Source of the DNA: Myxococcota bacterium
GTDB lineage: Bacteria > Myxococcota_A > SURF-8 > G963663525
NCBI GenBank assembly: GCA_963676915.2
Contig: CAXXVK010000013.1
Span: 46,584 to 110,583, forward strand
Direction: 5' to 3'
DNA: 64,000 nt
Positions 1-9,410 of this stretch are shown in pieces. Both the position numbers and the translations under genes were made by a program. The notes below the pieces were generated by a model. The model did not search any database and was not told the origin of the DNA. It saw nothing but the letters and a program-made list of their open reading frames with translations. Numbering within the stretch: position 1 is the stretch's first letter; every line of letters starts with the position of its first letter.

Positions 1-1
1 T

Positions 2-1558
2 GAAGTCTATACCAACACGGCGCATCTGCCCGATACATTGGACGAACTAAACACCTTCTTGGAAAACCTGGGGGATGGTCAACGCAAACCTCGTCTCGTA
101 TTGACCATGGCGCTTGACCGTTATCATGCCGAACGCCTGGGAGAAAAACGCTGCCGGGAGCGTGTGCGTCAGTGGTTGGAATTGCGGGAAAAGTACGGTC
201 GCAAGGTGCGTTTCAATCTTACCGACGAAGCATTTCAAAGTGAAACTTACCTGTCTCGATTCGCCGTACGAGATGTGCTTGCCGAATTTTCGCCGGAATT
301 GGCCGATTTCTTTTTCTCGCTCGACGATGCAAAGGACATCGAAGAGACGTTTTATTTCAATCCGGTGCAACGCCAGGGACGGCGAAAAGCCGCCGACGGT
401 GACTCCGTACCGCTTCGGTTAAGCGAGATCGCTCGAGGCGGGGATTTGGTGATTGGTCCCGATCTCGGGGACACTTCCGAAACTCCCCCGTTGGCGCTGT
501 TCGATTCTCTCAATTCCGCGTGGGCCTCGCCGCCACCGGCTTTCAGTCGAGTGGCGCGATTGGAAGGGGAGGGGGCGAAGGATCTGGCGATTGCCGTACG
601 AACGGCCTTTCAGGAAAGGGCGTTTTTTACGTCAATCGATCAACCTGAATCGGGTGAGGATCAAGTACAAGCCATAGATTTTACGAGAGAATGCCTTGCT
701 TCCATGCGTCTTGCGGCCTCTGATTCCGCTACTTTGTGGTGCCGTATGGCCGAGCGACTGTTTCGTGTGGCTTGTGATGTTGGGGAACTGACGCCGGAGG
801 CGGCGTCCTGGACTGAAACCCAGCCGTTGCCTTTGCCTGTTTTGCATGAATTTACGGCATTGTTTATGAAAAACCATCCCGATACCGTGTCGGAATGGAT
901 TGCATCGTTTGTCAATGAACGTCTGGAAGAAACGGGAAGTGGAACCGAACCCTTGGCTCCGGTGCTGGAGACTCAATGGCTCGATCTTGAGGCGATGATT
1001 CCTTCTGAAACGCCGATTCGTTTGCCGATGCGTCACATCTGTATCGATACCGGGTTGGGATATTTTCCCGGTGAAAGCAGCCATCCGTTGCGTGTCGAAG
1101 CCTATGTCTTACCTGAACACCGGATTCAGTGGCGTTTTCCGGGATTTCGTTCTGCTCGCGAAGGGGAGAGCGCTGCCGGAGACGGTCGCTTGTGGCTACG
1201 TTTCTGGAGACTGGTGGTAGGTGAAGCGTTTTGGCGTGTCGTGGTTCCTGTGTGGCGAGATGCGTTGGTTGATCGATATGGTAAGGAAAATCCAGCGTTG
1301 GTGTCGTGGCTCGACGAACTGGCTTTGGAAGAGGTGCCGGGAGAGGGACTGTACCGGCAATCGAGCCGCGATTCCGGCAGAATGTTTCGCTTGTTGGCTT
1401 TCGAACCTCGGCGAGGGGGCATTGACTGGATGAACGTCGATCTCCTGCGTGCGCTGCTGAACGATCCTGGCGAAGGATGGGACGCCGACAAACTGGCATT
1501 GTTTCTCGACGGTTTGCGGGCGGCTCTGGATCGGGCCGAACGGAGGAAACAGGCATGA
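2..1558 (+). CDS. Hypothetical protein, probably 5'-truncated by the window edge; coupled to the downstream radical SAM gene
   Basis: Frame is open from base 2 (EVYTNTAHLPDTL...). Its TGA overlaps the next ATG (ATGA, 1555-1558). No motif recognised. Confidence 0.7.
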   Translation, partial: EVYTNTAHLPDTLDELNTFLENLGDGQRKPRLVLTMALDRYHAERLGEKRCRERVRQWLELREKYGRKVRFNLTDEAFQSETYLSRFAVRDVLAEFSPELADFFFSLDDAKDIEETFYFNPVQRQGRRKAADGDSVPLRLSEIARGGDLVIGPDLGDTSETPPLALFDSLNSAWASPPPAFSRVARLEGEGAKDLAIAVRTAFQERAFFTSIDQPESGEDQVQAIDFTRECLASMRLAASDSATLWCRMAERLFRVACDVGELTPEAASWTETQPLPLPVLHEFTALFMKNHPDTVSEWIASFVNERLEETGSGTEPLAPVLETQWLDLEAMIPSETPIRLPMRHICIDTGLGYFPGESSHPLRVEAYVLPEHRIQWRFPGFRSAREGESAAGDGRLWLRFWRLVVGEAFWRVVVPVWRDALVDRYGKENPALVSWLDELALEEVPGEGLYRQSSRDSGRMFRLLAFEPRRGGIDWMNVDLLRALLNDPGEGWDADKLALFLDGLRAALDRAERRKQA

Positions 1559-3720
1559 ATCTTCCGAAAATCCGCATTGCAACGGGAGGATGCTCGAATG
1601 CTCTGTGTGCCGTTTGCACTCAGCGGGGGCGAGTGGCTCCCCGACCTGTAAAAGATATTCTGGCCGAAATCGAAAGCGCCGCCGACAATGGTGCGAAGGA
1701 TATTTACTTCGACGATCACGAGCCGCTTTCCCATCCTGAAATCAAAGCGATAGTAGCGGCTTGTGTGCGTTATCGGTTGCGTTTTATTCTTGCTGCGAGT
1801 GGACGTGTGCCGCTTGTGCCGAGAACGCTGGATAATCTTCGAAAACTCGGTTTGAAAGCAGTAGTTTTTCGTTTAGCAGGATTTCACCCGGAGGTGGGGC
1901 AACTCGTCTGGGGTGATCGGCGCGTGGGAGAACATGCCGAAAGTGCGTTGCGGACAATTCTCGATAGCGGGTTGCCTTGTGAAGTGGAATGTCCGGTAAC
2001 TCCCGACAATCGTGGGACGCTCGACCGCAGTCTTCTTGAGCTGGAACGGTGTTTCGGCCTTAAGGGAAGGCTTGTGGACTTTGACGGACGTTTTACCGAA
2101 GACATCACCCGTGCGGAGAAGCGCGTGGCAATCCGGCGGGGTGAAAATACCCCGGTACGCACCACTTGCGTTCGTTTCCATCCCGTAAGGAGCGAGGAAA
2201 CGTTCGAGCCTTCTCAGTGTCCCTATCGTTCACGGGAAGATTCAGGTGAGTATGGTCCGAAATCTGCGTGGATAAGATTTCCCGATGGTTCTTGGAAGCG
2301 ATTCGAAACCGATGAAGATGTTTCACTTCATCTGACGGTGGCCAAAAATCTACGTGGTCGGATGCTGCTCCATGCGTCGGAGAGAACGTTGCCGGTAAGG
2401 CTCGACGACACTTGCAAAAGCTGCCCGCGCCTTGTGCGCTGCGGTGCGGCTTTTGTTCCCGACGATTCCCCGCACGAAATTTCCGACAAATCCGAGGAAG
2501 CTTGTTCGGCTCGTTTCGATGCGCTTCGAGAGGCTTTATCGAAGCATCCCGAGCGGCTGGAGGTCGCGGGAGCGTCTACGGTCTGTCATGCTGTGGAAGA
2601 AGGTGCGACGATTCCCGACATTGTGGAAGAAGCGTCGCTGGAAACCTGGGAAGTTGTCGATATCGCTCGCCAATATGGCTATGGTGTCGTGGATTACGAC
2701 CTGGACCGCAACGTGTTCGATGGTTCCTGGCGGCTAGTACTTGGGGAAGATTCGCCCGCTTTGCAACGTGCTCCGGGGGCGCTGGCCGTGTTGCAGCTTT
2801 CTTCGGCTTGTGTCAACCGTTGCATTATGTGCAGCCTGCCGCAGATGTTCCACGGACAATGGGTGTCCAGCGAACATTCCGTTCGTCTGCTCGAAGAACT
2901 TTACTTGTTGGGCTACGATACCTGCGACATTTTCGGCGGTGAAATAACCTTACGTAGCGATTTCGTCGAACTGCTGCGTTTCGCTAAGGAAATCGGCTTG
3001 CGGGCGACCTTCATCAGCTCGGGATACAACCTCGATCGTGCGCGTATCGATACTCTGGCCGAAGCTGGGGTGGACAAATGCACCCTCGCGTTGGATTCCC
3101 TCGATCCCGGACTTCACGATGCGATCAAGAATCGGCCGGGCATCCACGAGCAAGCCATGCGTGCGATTCGTGCCGTGCTGGACAATGGCCGACTGCCTCT
3201 CGAAATCAACACCGTAGTGCTTACACAGAATGTCTATGAACTTCCCGAACTTCACAAGGCGTTGGCGAAGATGGGTATCCGGCGTCATCGGCTGTTTTAC
3301 TGCATCGATGGCCTGTTCGGGATGGGAGATCCACCCTATCTGACCTACGACCAGGCCTTGGATTTCATCCGGGAGGTGCATCCGAATCTGATGCGCTTGA
3401 GCCAAGAGAACGGAACCCTGATCGACTGGTGTCCGCCGGTGGAGTTTTCACGACCCATCGAGGAAGAAGCGCGGAGGCTAAGTAAGGGAATTTACACGGA
3501 TGATAGTGTATCCTGCACGGCTCCGGGAAAAGAAATCTACGTGATGGTGGATGGTTCGGTGTATCCCTGTGTCAACCCGACGATCTGGCGGCACGAGGCC
3601 GTAGGCAAAGTGGGGAGGGATCGACTGATCGATATCGAACGCGGCTTCAAAATGCAGGAGTTTTGTCTAAAAGCCGGACATCTTCCCGCTTGTGCCAATT
3701 GCATTTCGAAACGAAGCTGA
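1555..3720 (+). CDS. Tandem radical SAM protein with C-terminal SPASM/twitch region
   Basis: GGAGG RBS before ATG 1555. N-terminal CSNALCAVC and DDHEPL; central CKSCPRLVRC; second domain CVNRCIMC and GGEITL; C-terminal CTAP...DGSVYPC...CANC. Confidence 0.85.
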   Translation: MNLPKIRIATGGCSNALCAVCTQRGRVAPRPVKDILAEIESAADNGAKDIYFDDHEPLSHPEIKAIVAACVRYRLRFILAASGRVPLVPRTLDNLRKLGLKAVVFRLAGFHPEVGQLVWGDRRVGEHAESALRTILDSGLPCEVECPVTPDNRGTLDRSLLELERCFGLKGRLVDFDGRFTEDITRAEKRVAIRRGENTPVRTTCVRFHPVRSEETFEPSQCPYRSREDSGEYGPKSAWIRFPDGSWKRFETDEDVSLHLTVAKNLRGRMLLHASERTLPVRLDDTCKSCPRLVRCGAAFVPDDSPHEISDKSEEACSARFDALREALSKHPERLEVAGASTVCHAVEEGATIPDIVEEASLETWEVVDIARQYGYGVVDYDLDRNVFDGSWRLVLGEDSPALQRAPGALAVLQLSSACVNRCIMCSLPQMFHGQWVSSEHSVRLLEELYLLGYDTCDIFGGEITLRSDFVELLRFAKEIGLRATFISSGYNLDRARIDTLAEAGVDKCTLALDSLDPGLHDAIKNRPGIHEQAMRAIRAVLDNGRLPLEINTVVLTQNVYELPELHKALAKMGIRRHRLFYCIDGLFGMGDPPYLTYDQALDFIREVHPNLMRLSQENGTLIDWCPPVEFSRPIEEEARRLSKGIYTDDSVSCTAPGKEIYVMVDGSVYPCVNPTIWRHEAVGKVGRDRLIDIERGFKMQEFCLKAGHLPACANCISKRS

Positions 3721-3741
3721 TTACCGCGAAAAATCCCAGTG

Positions 3742-4443
3742 TCATTTTCCCGAAAAGCGATACGTTTGCCCGGCTTCGTCGAGGGTGAACGTTTCGCCTA
3801 ACGGACTTTCCTGTTCCTCAGGATCGACCAGCCAGGCCCGAAGCGTGCGACCCACGGGAAGGTTTTCGCCGAGACAGGTAACCACGCTGTCACCTTCTGT
3901 TTCGGGTAGACAGGCGAAAGAGGGCAGCCGAAAGCCGGTTTCCACATCGTCGAAAGCCAACCTCCAGTCCGAGGCATTTTCCAAGGAAACTTCGGCTTGC
4001 CCGGTTTCGAGTGCTTCGACCACCAAAACCGCTTCGTGATTTTCACCCTCGGCGAGATCGATTTCCAACGGTTCGTCGGGGGCGTAGCTTTCGAGGCCGC
4101 CTTCGGTCATTCGAAACAGTATCGCCGTGACTTGTCGCGCCTTGCCAGCATCCACCGACAGCGATACGTCGAGTGTCTCTTCCGTGTCTTCTGCGGTTGT
4201 GGAAATCTGCGCTGTGGCTGCTTCCGTCATGTCGTCGGCATCAACCGATACCCAGAGCCTCGAAGCGTAATCCCACTGGGAGGTCGAAGTTTCTTCGGTG
4301 CCGCCCTCGAAACGTTTCAGAGAAGGAGTGTTTTCGGTTGTAATGACCACCGCGACACCCGCCGGTGCAGGTTGGCTGTCAATGAAACATCCTGGAATCA
4401 CAAGAGAAAACAAAATCAACAGTACGATGAATGAAGGTTTCAT
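3742..4443 (-). CDS. Predicted lipoprotein, beta-rich, unknown function
   Basis: Signal peptide with lipobox-like IPGC; last gene of the TPR/FecR-like operon. Confidence 0.75.
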   Translation of the reverse strand: MKPSFIVLLILFSLVIPGCFIDSQPAPAGVAVVITTENTPSLKRFEGGTEETSTSQWDYASRLWVSVDADDMTEAATAQISTTAEDTEETLDVSLSVDAGKARQVTAILFRMTEGGLESYAPDEPLEIDLAEGENHEAVLVVEALETGQAEVSLENASDWRLAFDDVETGFRLPSFACLPETEGDSVVTCLGENLPVGRTLRAWLVDPEEQESPLGETFTLDEAGQTYRFSGK

Positions 4444-4447
4444 GACG

Positions 4448-5212
4448 TTACCTCACCTCTACGCGGACGTGCAGACGTGCCTTGCCGCGTTCGATTTCCA
4501 CGCCCCCGTTTTCACCGCCGACATCCCCCGCTTCCGAGCCTCCACCACCGGAGTCGAGACAGATTGACTCACCGCCTCCACCGCCGCTTTCCTTGCTATC
4601 ACCGGAGCCGCTGGAGCCTTCACCGGAACCGGCGGTGTTCGAAACCGTGATGTCGGGGGGCGTTTCAAAGGCAAGGGGAGCCATCGCGGATGCAGGCATA
4701 AGGGAATCGGAAAACGCGATGGTTCGTGACGTATTTTCTACCGGTTCCCAGCCTGTTTCGCTGTGATACCAGCAGGTGGGAGTTTCTTCCGTGCGATATG
4801 TTTCACCATCTTTCGGGGTGAACGAGGAGTTTTTTTCAAGACAGATCGACGATTGAGTAGTAGTGCGTTCGATGCTTGCAACTCCCTGAAAATTCAAAGG
4901 AAGTTCTTGATCTTTTGTTCCTAGAACTACGAGAACGGATTCCTCTGGGGCGGTTTGCAGGATCAGTTGCCCTTGGTTCAGATGAACGCCTTGTTTCAGG
5001 GCTATGTTGCTTTGCGCTTCCACGTCCACGATGGCACGACCCGGAAGCAGCAGACGGAGCCGGGAGTTTTTACCCGTGGAGACGTTTTGTACTTCCTCCG
5101 TGGGTTTGCAGGCTCTTTCGTCACAATGGGTCGGTCCTTCCGACGCCGTAACTCTCCAGTTCGTCGAAGCTATCGTGCTGCACACGAAAAGGCTGAGAAT
5201 CCAGGCTACCAT
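4448..5212 (-). CDS. FecR-like exported protein
   Basis: Signal peptide; VSTGKNSRLRLLLPGRAIVDVEAQSNIAL...LNQGQL resembles a FecR domain; Gly/Ser-rich tail. Confidence 0.6.
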   Translation of the reverse strand: MVAWILSLFVCSTIASTNWRVTASEGPTHCDERACKPTEEVQNVSTGKNSRLRLLLPGRAIVDVEAQSNIALKQGVHLNQGQLILQTAPEESVLVVLGTKDQELPLNFQGVASIERTTTQSSICLEKNSSFTPKDGETYRTEETPTCWYHSETGWEPVENTSRTIAFSDSLMPASAMAPLAFETPPDITVSNTAGSGEGSSGSGDSKESGGGGGESICLDSGGGGSEAGDVGGENGGVEIERGKARLHVRVEVR

Positions 5213-6756
5213 GATTGCCTCCAGGAGAACAGCAACGACACCGTGTGCCGTGAGTAGTCGTAAAATGAAACACTCGACAGGTTGGTAACGAGGTTGTAAT
5301 TCAATCCCACTTCGAAATCATCCAGGAAGGGATAGGCCGCTCCCGCACCGCCGGAGATGCGGTGGTCCTTGCGTTTTTGTCCCCAGGATACGGATTCGTC
5401 CGAATGAAAATGGTCGATGTATTCGTAACGACTCCAGAAATTAAGTAAAAAACCTCCGGGGATCGAGGCGGACAATCCGCCGAACGGTCCTAAGCTCCAG
5501 CGGTCGTAATCGGCGCGGCGCGCGTCTTCGAAGCGCCCGGTCATTTCGAGGAAGAATTTCAGCTTCTGGTCCAGGAAGAAAAACGATTGTCCAAGCGAGC
5601 CGTTACCGGACCAGTTGTTTCGACCCAACAAACGGTAGAGGTTCCGTCCGAATCCGCCTCGTACCGTGGTTTCGCCGAAATCGTCTTCTTTGATCAACCA
5701 TTTCACCCAACCCGAGTGAGTTTCACTGTAGAGATAGAGGCTGTCTTCGTCGGCTTTCGAGCCACCGTCCAGGAGACTTAAAGCTCCAGTATATCCGGCG
5801 TAGGCTTCTTGGTCTCGCCCGAATCCGTGAAAGCGATGCCGGTAGCGAGCGCTCCAAGCACCGGATGTCGATGAAAAATCATTGGCCGGATCGGTGAAAT
5901 AGGTGCTTCGATTAAACGACAGATCCACTCCGGCTAAATGGCGAGGAGTCCTTAAGGGAGAAAACGCCAGCGAAGCTCCCGTCGTAACGGCCGGAGATCC
6001 GGGACTTTTTCCTTCACCCAAAGGTTGATCGTCCGGTTGTTGCACGACATTGGAATCGTACTGCAACCCCAGCGTGATGCGCAGGTCGAGCCACGGGTCC
6101 GCCGCACCGTCACCATAGGTTCTTTCCAGTAGTTGCCGGGTGGCTTCATGGAATCTCGGATCGCTCGATGGATCGTCGAGAAAACGGGTGAAGGCGTTGC
6201 GTGCTTCGCCCTTGTCCCCTGTAAACAGAAAGGTTTGTCCTTTATAGAAATCCAGCAGAGGAAAATCTTTTGAGGATTTTTTCGGGATTGCACGAAAATG
6301 GGTCAAAGCCGTTTTGGGATCGCCCAATTCCATGGAAGCCAATCCCATCAGATAATTCCAGCGATTGCGATCGGTTGGCAACGAGGGAGACAGCTTTTTA
6401 AGTGTTCGCAGCGCCCAGGTGTTTTTTTTCTGCGCCAAAAACGCTTCGGAAAGACGGAACGAGATATCCAGTCGTTCGGGAGCGAGGCGAGTGGCACGAT
6501 AAAGTTGTTTTTCGGCAGCTTTCCATTCACCTCGGCTGGCATACATTCGGGCCAGCGATAAACGGGCGTTCAGGCAGGACGGATCGGCCTTCAGTGCCGT
6601 TTCATACGCTTCGATAGCGGCGGTCGTGTCGTTGGAATGCTCAAGGTACGTTCCTTGTTCGCTCCAAAACGCGCACGTTTGCGCCCAAAGGGGAAAAGGT
6701 ACGCAGAAAATCCACAAGATCCACAGGTACAGGTACGTTCGTTTCACGGGCGTCAC
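5206..6756 (-). CDS. TPR + outer-membrane beta-barrel protein (DUF560/Slam-like)
   Basis: Signal peptide, TPR helices (AIEAYETALKADP, ARLSLARMY), barrel start LGLQYDSNV, C-terminal YDYSRHTVSLLFSW. Confidence 0.75.
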   Translation of the reverse strand: MTPVKRTYLYLWILWIFCVPFPLWAQTCAFWSEQGTYLEHSNDTTAAIEAYETALKADPSCLNARLSLARMYASRGEWKAAEKQLYRATRLAPERLDISFRLSEAFLAQKKNTWALRTLKKLSPSLPTDRNRWNYLMGLASMELGDPKTALTHFRAIPKKSSKDFPLLDFYKGQTFLFTGDKGEARNAFTRFLDDPSSDPRFHEATRQLLERTYGDGAADPWLDLRITLGLQYDSNVVQQPDDQPLGEGKSPGSPAVTTGASLAFSPLRTPRHLAGVDLSFNRSTYFTDPANDFSSTSGAWSARYRHRFHGFGRDQEAYAGYTGALSLLDGGSKADEDSLYLYSETHSGWVKWLIKEDDFGETTVRGGFGRNLYRLLGRNNWSGNGSLGQSFFFLDQKLKFFLEMTGRFEDARRADYDRWSLGPFGGLSASIPGGFLLNFWSRYEYIDHFHSDESVSWGQKRKDHRISGGAGAAYPFLDDFEVGLNYNLVTNLSSVSFYDYSRHTVSLLFSWRQSW

Positions 6757-6898
6757 TCCGGTTTCGAATCACTTATTTTCCCTGTTGTACCGCTCTTTTG
6801 GGTGGCTTTCAAGCGGGAAATGGGGGGAATTTGACCGGAATACGATACGCTCTCGTGCGTTGTGGCAGATGATAAGAAAAACCGTTGTCGGTGAGATT

Positions 6899-7318
6899 TC
6901 AGGAACTGTGGTGTTCGAGGTATTTGTCTTCGTTAGAGCGCGTTGGCATCGTCAGGAGCATCAACACGACGGACCAGACACCGAAACCGAGCAAATAGGC
7001 GAGGTCGGCTCCCATGATGTAAAGAACCAATCCGTATATGGCTATGGACTCACTCAAAGCCCAGCGAATAATGAGATAGCTCGTGTACGGCAACCGTCCA
7101 AAGAGACGCCCGGCCAGTAAAATCACCCCCGTCATACCCATGGAAATCGCAGTCAACGCCATCAACAGCGTTTGCACGAAATTTTCGTCGCCAGCGGGAA
7201 AATCGCCGAACGTCCTCAACACGAAACCGGCGGCGAGATAAAGAAACACCGAAAGGGTTAGTGTACCCCAGACGACCCACATCCTCGTTCGCATGGCATG
7301 ATCGGTCGGTGTTTCCAT
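6899..7318 (-). CDS. Small integral membrane protein
   Basis: 139 aa, about 4 hydrophobic segments, WALSESIAIYGLVL. Confidence 0.75.
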   Translation of the reverse strand: METPTDHAMRTRMWVVWGTLTLSVFLYLAAGFVLRTFGDFPAGDENFVQTLLMALTAISMGMTGVILLAGRLFGRLPYTSYLIIRWALSESIAIYGLVLYIMGADLAYLLGFGVWSVVLMLLTMPTRSNEDKYLEHHSS

Positions 7319-7321
7319 GGT

Positions 7322-7843
7322 TCAATCCTCCTCGGGCGGCTCTACGGGCGTGGTTCCACGAATTTCACTGGCGCTTTTGGTAGACTTTTTTTTGGCGGCG
7401 CTGCTTTTGGCGATGCGTCCCGTTTGAATCCCATCGGTCATCATCTGCGAGGTGGATTTTTCAAATTCTTTGGCATCGATTTCAGGGACGCGAATTCTGG
7501 AACGCTCGTTTTTGCGTTCTTGGAATTCTTTTTCCTCCGCACGGAACTTTATCAACACGCGAAACGCTACGAAGATTGCTGCACCGACCTGAATGGCCAT
7601 CCAAAGCCAGCGCAATCCCAATGACCAGGATACGAAAATCGTACCGATGTTGACACCTACAACGCCGCAAATCAGAGCGAATTCGAGTTCTAGCCCGTTG
7701 AAGGCGTAAAAGATATAATTTTCCGGCGTAAGTTTCAATAACGTGCGAATCCGATCTCGTACTGGGGCATAGTTTTTATATCCGAAAAATCCCGCAGCAA
7801 CTCCCAGTGCGATCGAAATCAGGGTGCCGATGAAGCTGCCCAT
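7322..7843 (-). CDS. Membrane protein, unknown function
   Basis: AGGAG RBS; 3 hydrophobic segments and a charged tail; 3 bp from the next gene. Confidence 0.75.
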   Translation of the reverse strand: MGSFIGTLISIALGVAAGFFGYKNYAPVRDRIRTLLKLTPENYIFYAFNGLELEFALICGVVGVNIGTIFVSWSLGLRWLWMAIQVGAAIFVAFRVLIKFRAEEKEFQERKNERSRIRVPEIDAKEFEKSTSQMMTDGIQTGRIAKSSAAKKKSTKSASEIRGTTPVEPPEED

Positions 7844-7887
7844 GCTCCTCTCCTTTTCTACGGAAAATCAGTTTCATTTATTCATCG

Positions 7888-7917
7888 AAAAAGGCGGGAA
7901 GACACCTCTTCCCGCCT
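7888..7917 (-). terminator. Rho-independent terminator
   Basis: AGGCGGGAAGA/TCTTCCCGCCT stem followed by a T-run on the minus strand. Confidence 0.75.
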
Positions 7918-7973
7918 GAAAGCACGTTCCTTTGCGTCACGCTCTCGTGATGAAACGAAAGAACGTTTACACG

Positions 7974-9047
7974 CTACTTGACGCGGAAGATATTGTAGCT
8001 GGCTTTGCCACCCTTGATTTTCAACACGGCGGCCAAACCCTTCGAGACTTTGCCGTCGTTCATTTGCCAGGGGTCGGAATCGGCAGCGCCGGGGTTGAGG
8101 TAGAGTTTGTCCGAAAGGGTGCCTTCGGCTACGACACTTTTGAAATCTCCGGCCATGGCTTTGCTTCCGGCTTCTTGAATGTTGGAGAAAATGCCGAAGT
8201 TGATGTTGTTGGATTTGAGGAATCCGGTCAACTTGGCATCACCCACGTTTCCACCCTCGGCAGCGAAATCGATGGCGGTTTTTCCAGTGCCTTTCGGTGC
8301 GGCATGACCCAACAAGACGGTGTTGCCTTTGGCACCTTTTCGCCATGTACCCAGTTGTCCCAGTTCCTTCGCGGTGTAGACACAGCCCGGTTTGTTGTGC
8401 ATGAAATTCGTGTCGTAGTAACCGGGAAGGGTCAGAAGATCCACATCGTCGGTGACGAAATAACGGACCTTGTTGCCGTTGATCAGGTTCGGATAGGTTC
8501 CCGCCAATTCACCGAAAGCTTTGTCGAAGTCGTCGGCTTTTTCACGGTTTCCAACGATCACGAAGGTCAGCAGACCTTTTTTGCCCAAGAACGTGAGGAT
8601 TTTTTTGAGATCGTTGTACTTTTCACCGGAGTCGCCACCGACCAGCACGGCATCCACTTTGTTTTCGGCGAACCAGGCGAACATTTTGTCCAGCCCTTTG
8701 TACGTGGCGTCCAGATCGGTTTTGATGTTGGCCAGCACACCGAAGGTGAATTCGCTGTCGGCATCGTTATCCAACAGGGAAAGTTTATTTCCGTTGAGTT
8801 GGTATTTCTTTCCACCGACCGTAAAGGATTTCGCGGCTTTGACATCTTTACCGAAGCAGGCATTGGCAAGATCGAAAGCCGGAGCTTTCGCTTCTTCTTT
8901 TTTCGGTTCTTCGACCTTTTTAGCCGCTTCCTGCTTGGCTTTTTCGTCCTTTTTCTGCTCGAGTTTTTCCCGATAAGTCTGACCCTGGCAGGCGGTCGTC
9001 AGGAGAAATGCAAGAAGCATCAGCATCCATAGCATTTTTTTTGTCAT
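7974..9047 (-). CDS. Metallophosphoesterase-fold lipoprotein with degenerate metal ligands
   Basis: Likely start MTKKMLW, lipobox LTTAC. Motifs in calcineurin-like order: VLANIK, VGGD, VGNRE, LGHAAP, FSNIQE. Confidence 0.75.
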   Translation of the reverse strand: MTKKMLWMLMLLAFLLTTACQGQTYREKLEQKKDEKAKQEAAKKVEEPKKEEAKAPAFDLANACFGKDVKAAKSFTVGGKKYQLNGNKLSLLDNDADSEFTFGVLANIKTDLDATYKGLDKMFAWFAENKVDAVLVGGDSGEKYNDLKKILTFLGKKGLLTFVIVGNREKADDFDKAFGELAGTYPNLINGNKVRYFVTDDVDLLTLPGYYDTNFMHNKPGCVYTAKELGQLGTWRKGAKGNTVLLGHAAPKGTGKTAIDFAAEGGNVGDAKLTGFLKSNNINFGIFSNIQEAGSKAMAGDFKSVVAEGTLSDKLYLNPGAADSDPWQMNDGKVSKGLAAVLKIKGGKASYNIFRVK

Positions 9048-9105
9048 CGTTTCGTCCCTTTCCGAATAAAAACGGTCGTTTCCACGATATGAGGCTTGTT
9101 GATCA

Positions 9106-9273
9106 TTGGAAGCCATCCTAAGAATACTCTCCTGTCGCCTTTCGGATACTTTCGAGCAACTTCGCTGCCGGTCTCGACTTGAAAGACTTCCGGTATTTCG
9201 CGTCTCACCAACGACGAATTCGTCTCGAAATCATCTCGAAATCCTCGGTCGGTATTATTAGGATGACTTCTAG
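9106..9273. mobile_element. MITE-like repeat, family A, copy 1
   Basis: Ends GAAGCCATCCTAAGAATAC / GTATTATTAGGATGACTTC form an inverted repeat; body closely matches 28839-28995. Confidence 0.8.
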
Positions 9274-9410
9274 TCGTTTGTCTTCTCGCAGTATACCCAG
9301 TCCTTCAACCGAGTAAAGTATTTTTAGGCCAACATTTCCATGGAAATGGTTTGGCGAAACACAACACTCTCGGCAAAAAAACTTCAGATTTCCTGAAACT
9401 TATGCGGGAA

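Noticed and set aside
7932-9032. 366-aa plus-strand ORF
   Set aside because: Antisense shadow of the metallophosphoesterase-fold gene.
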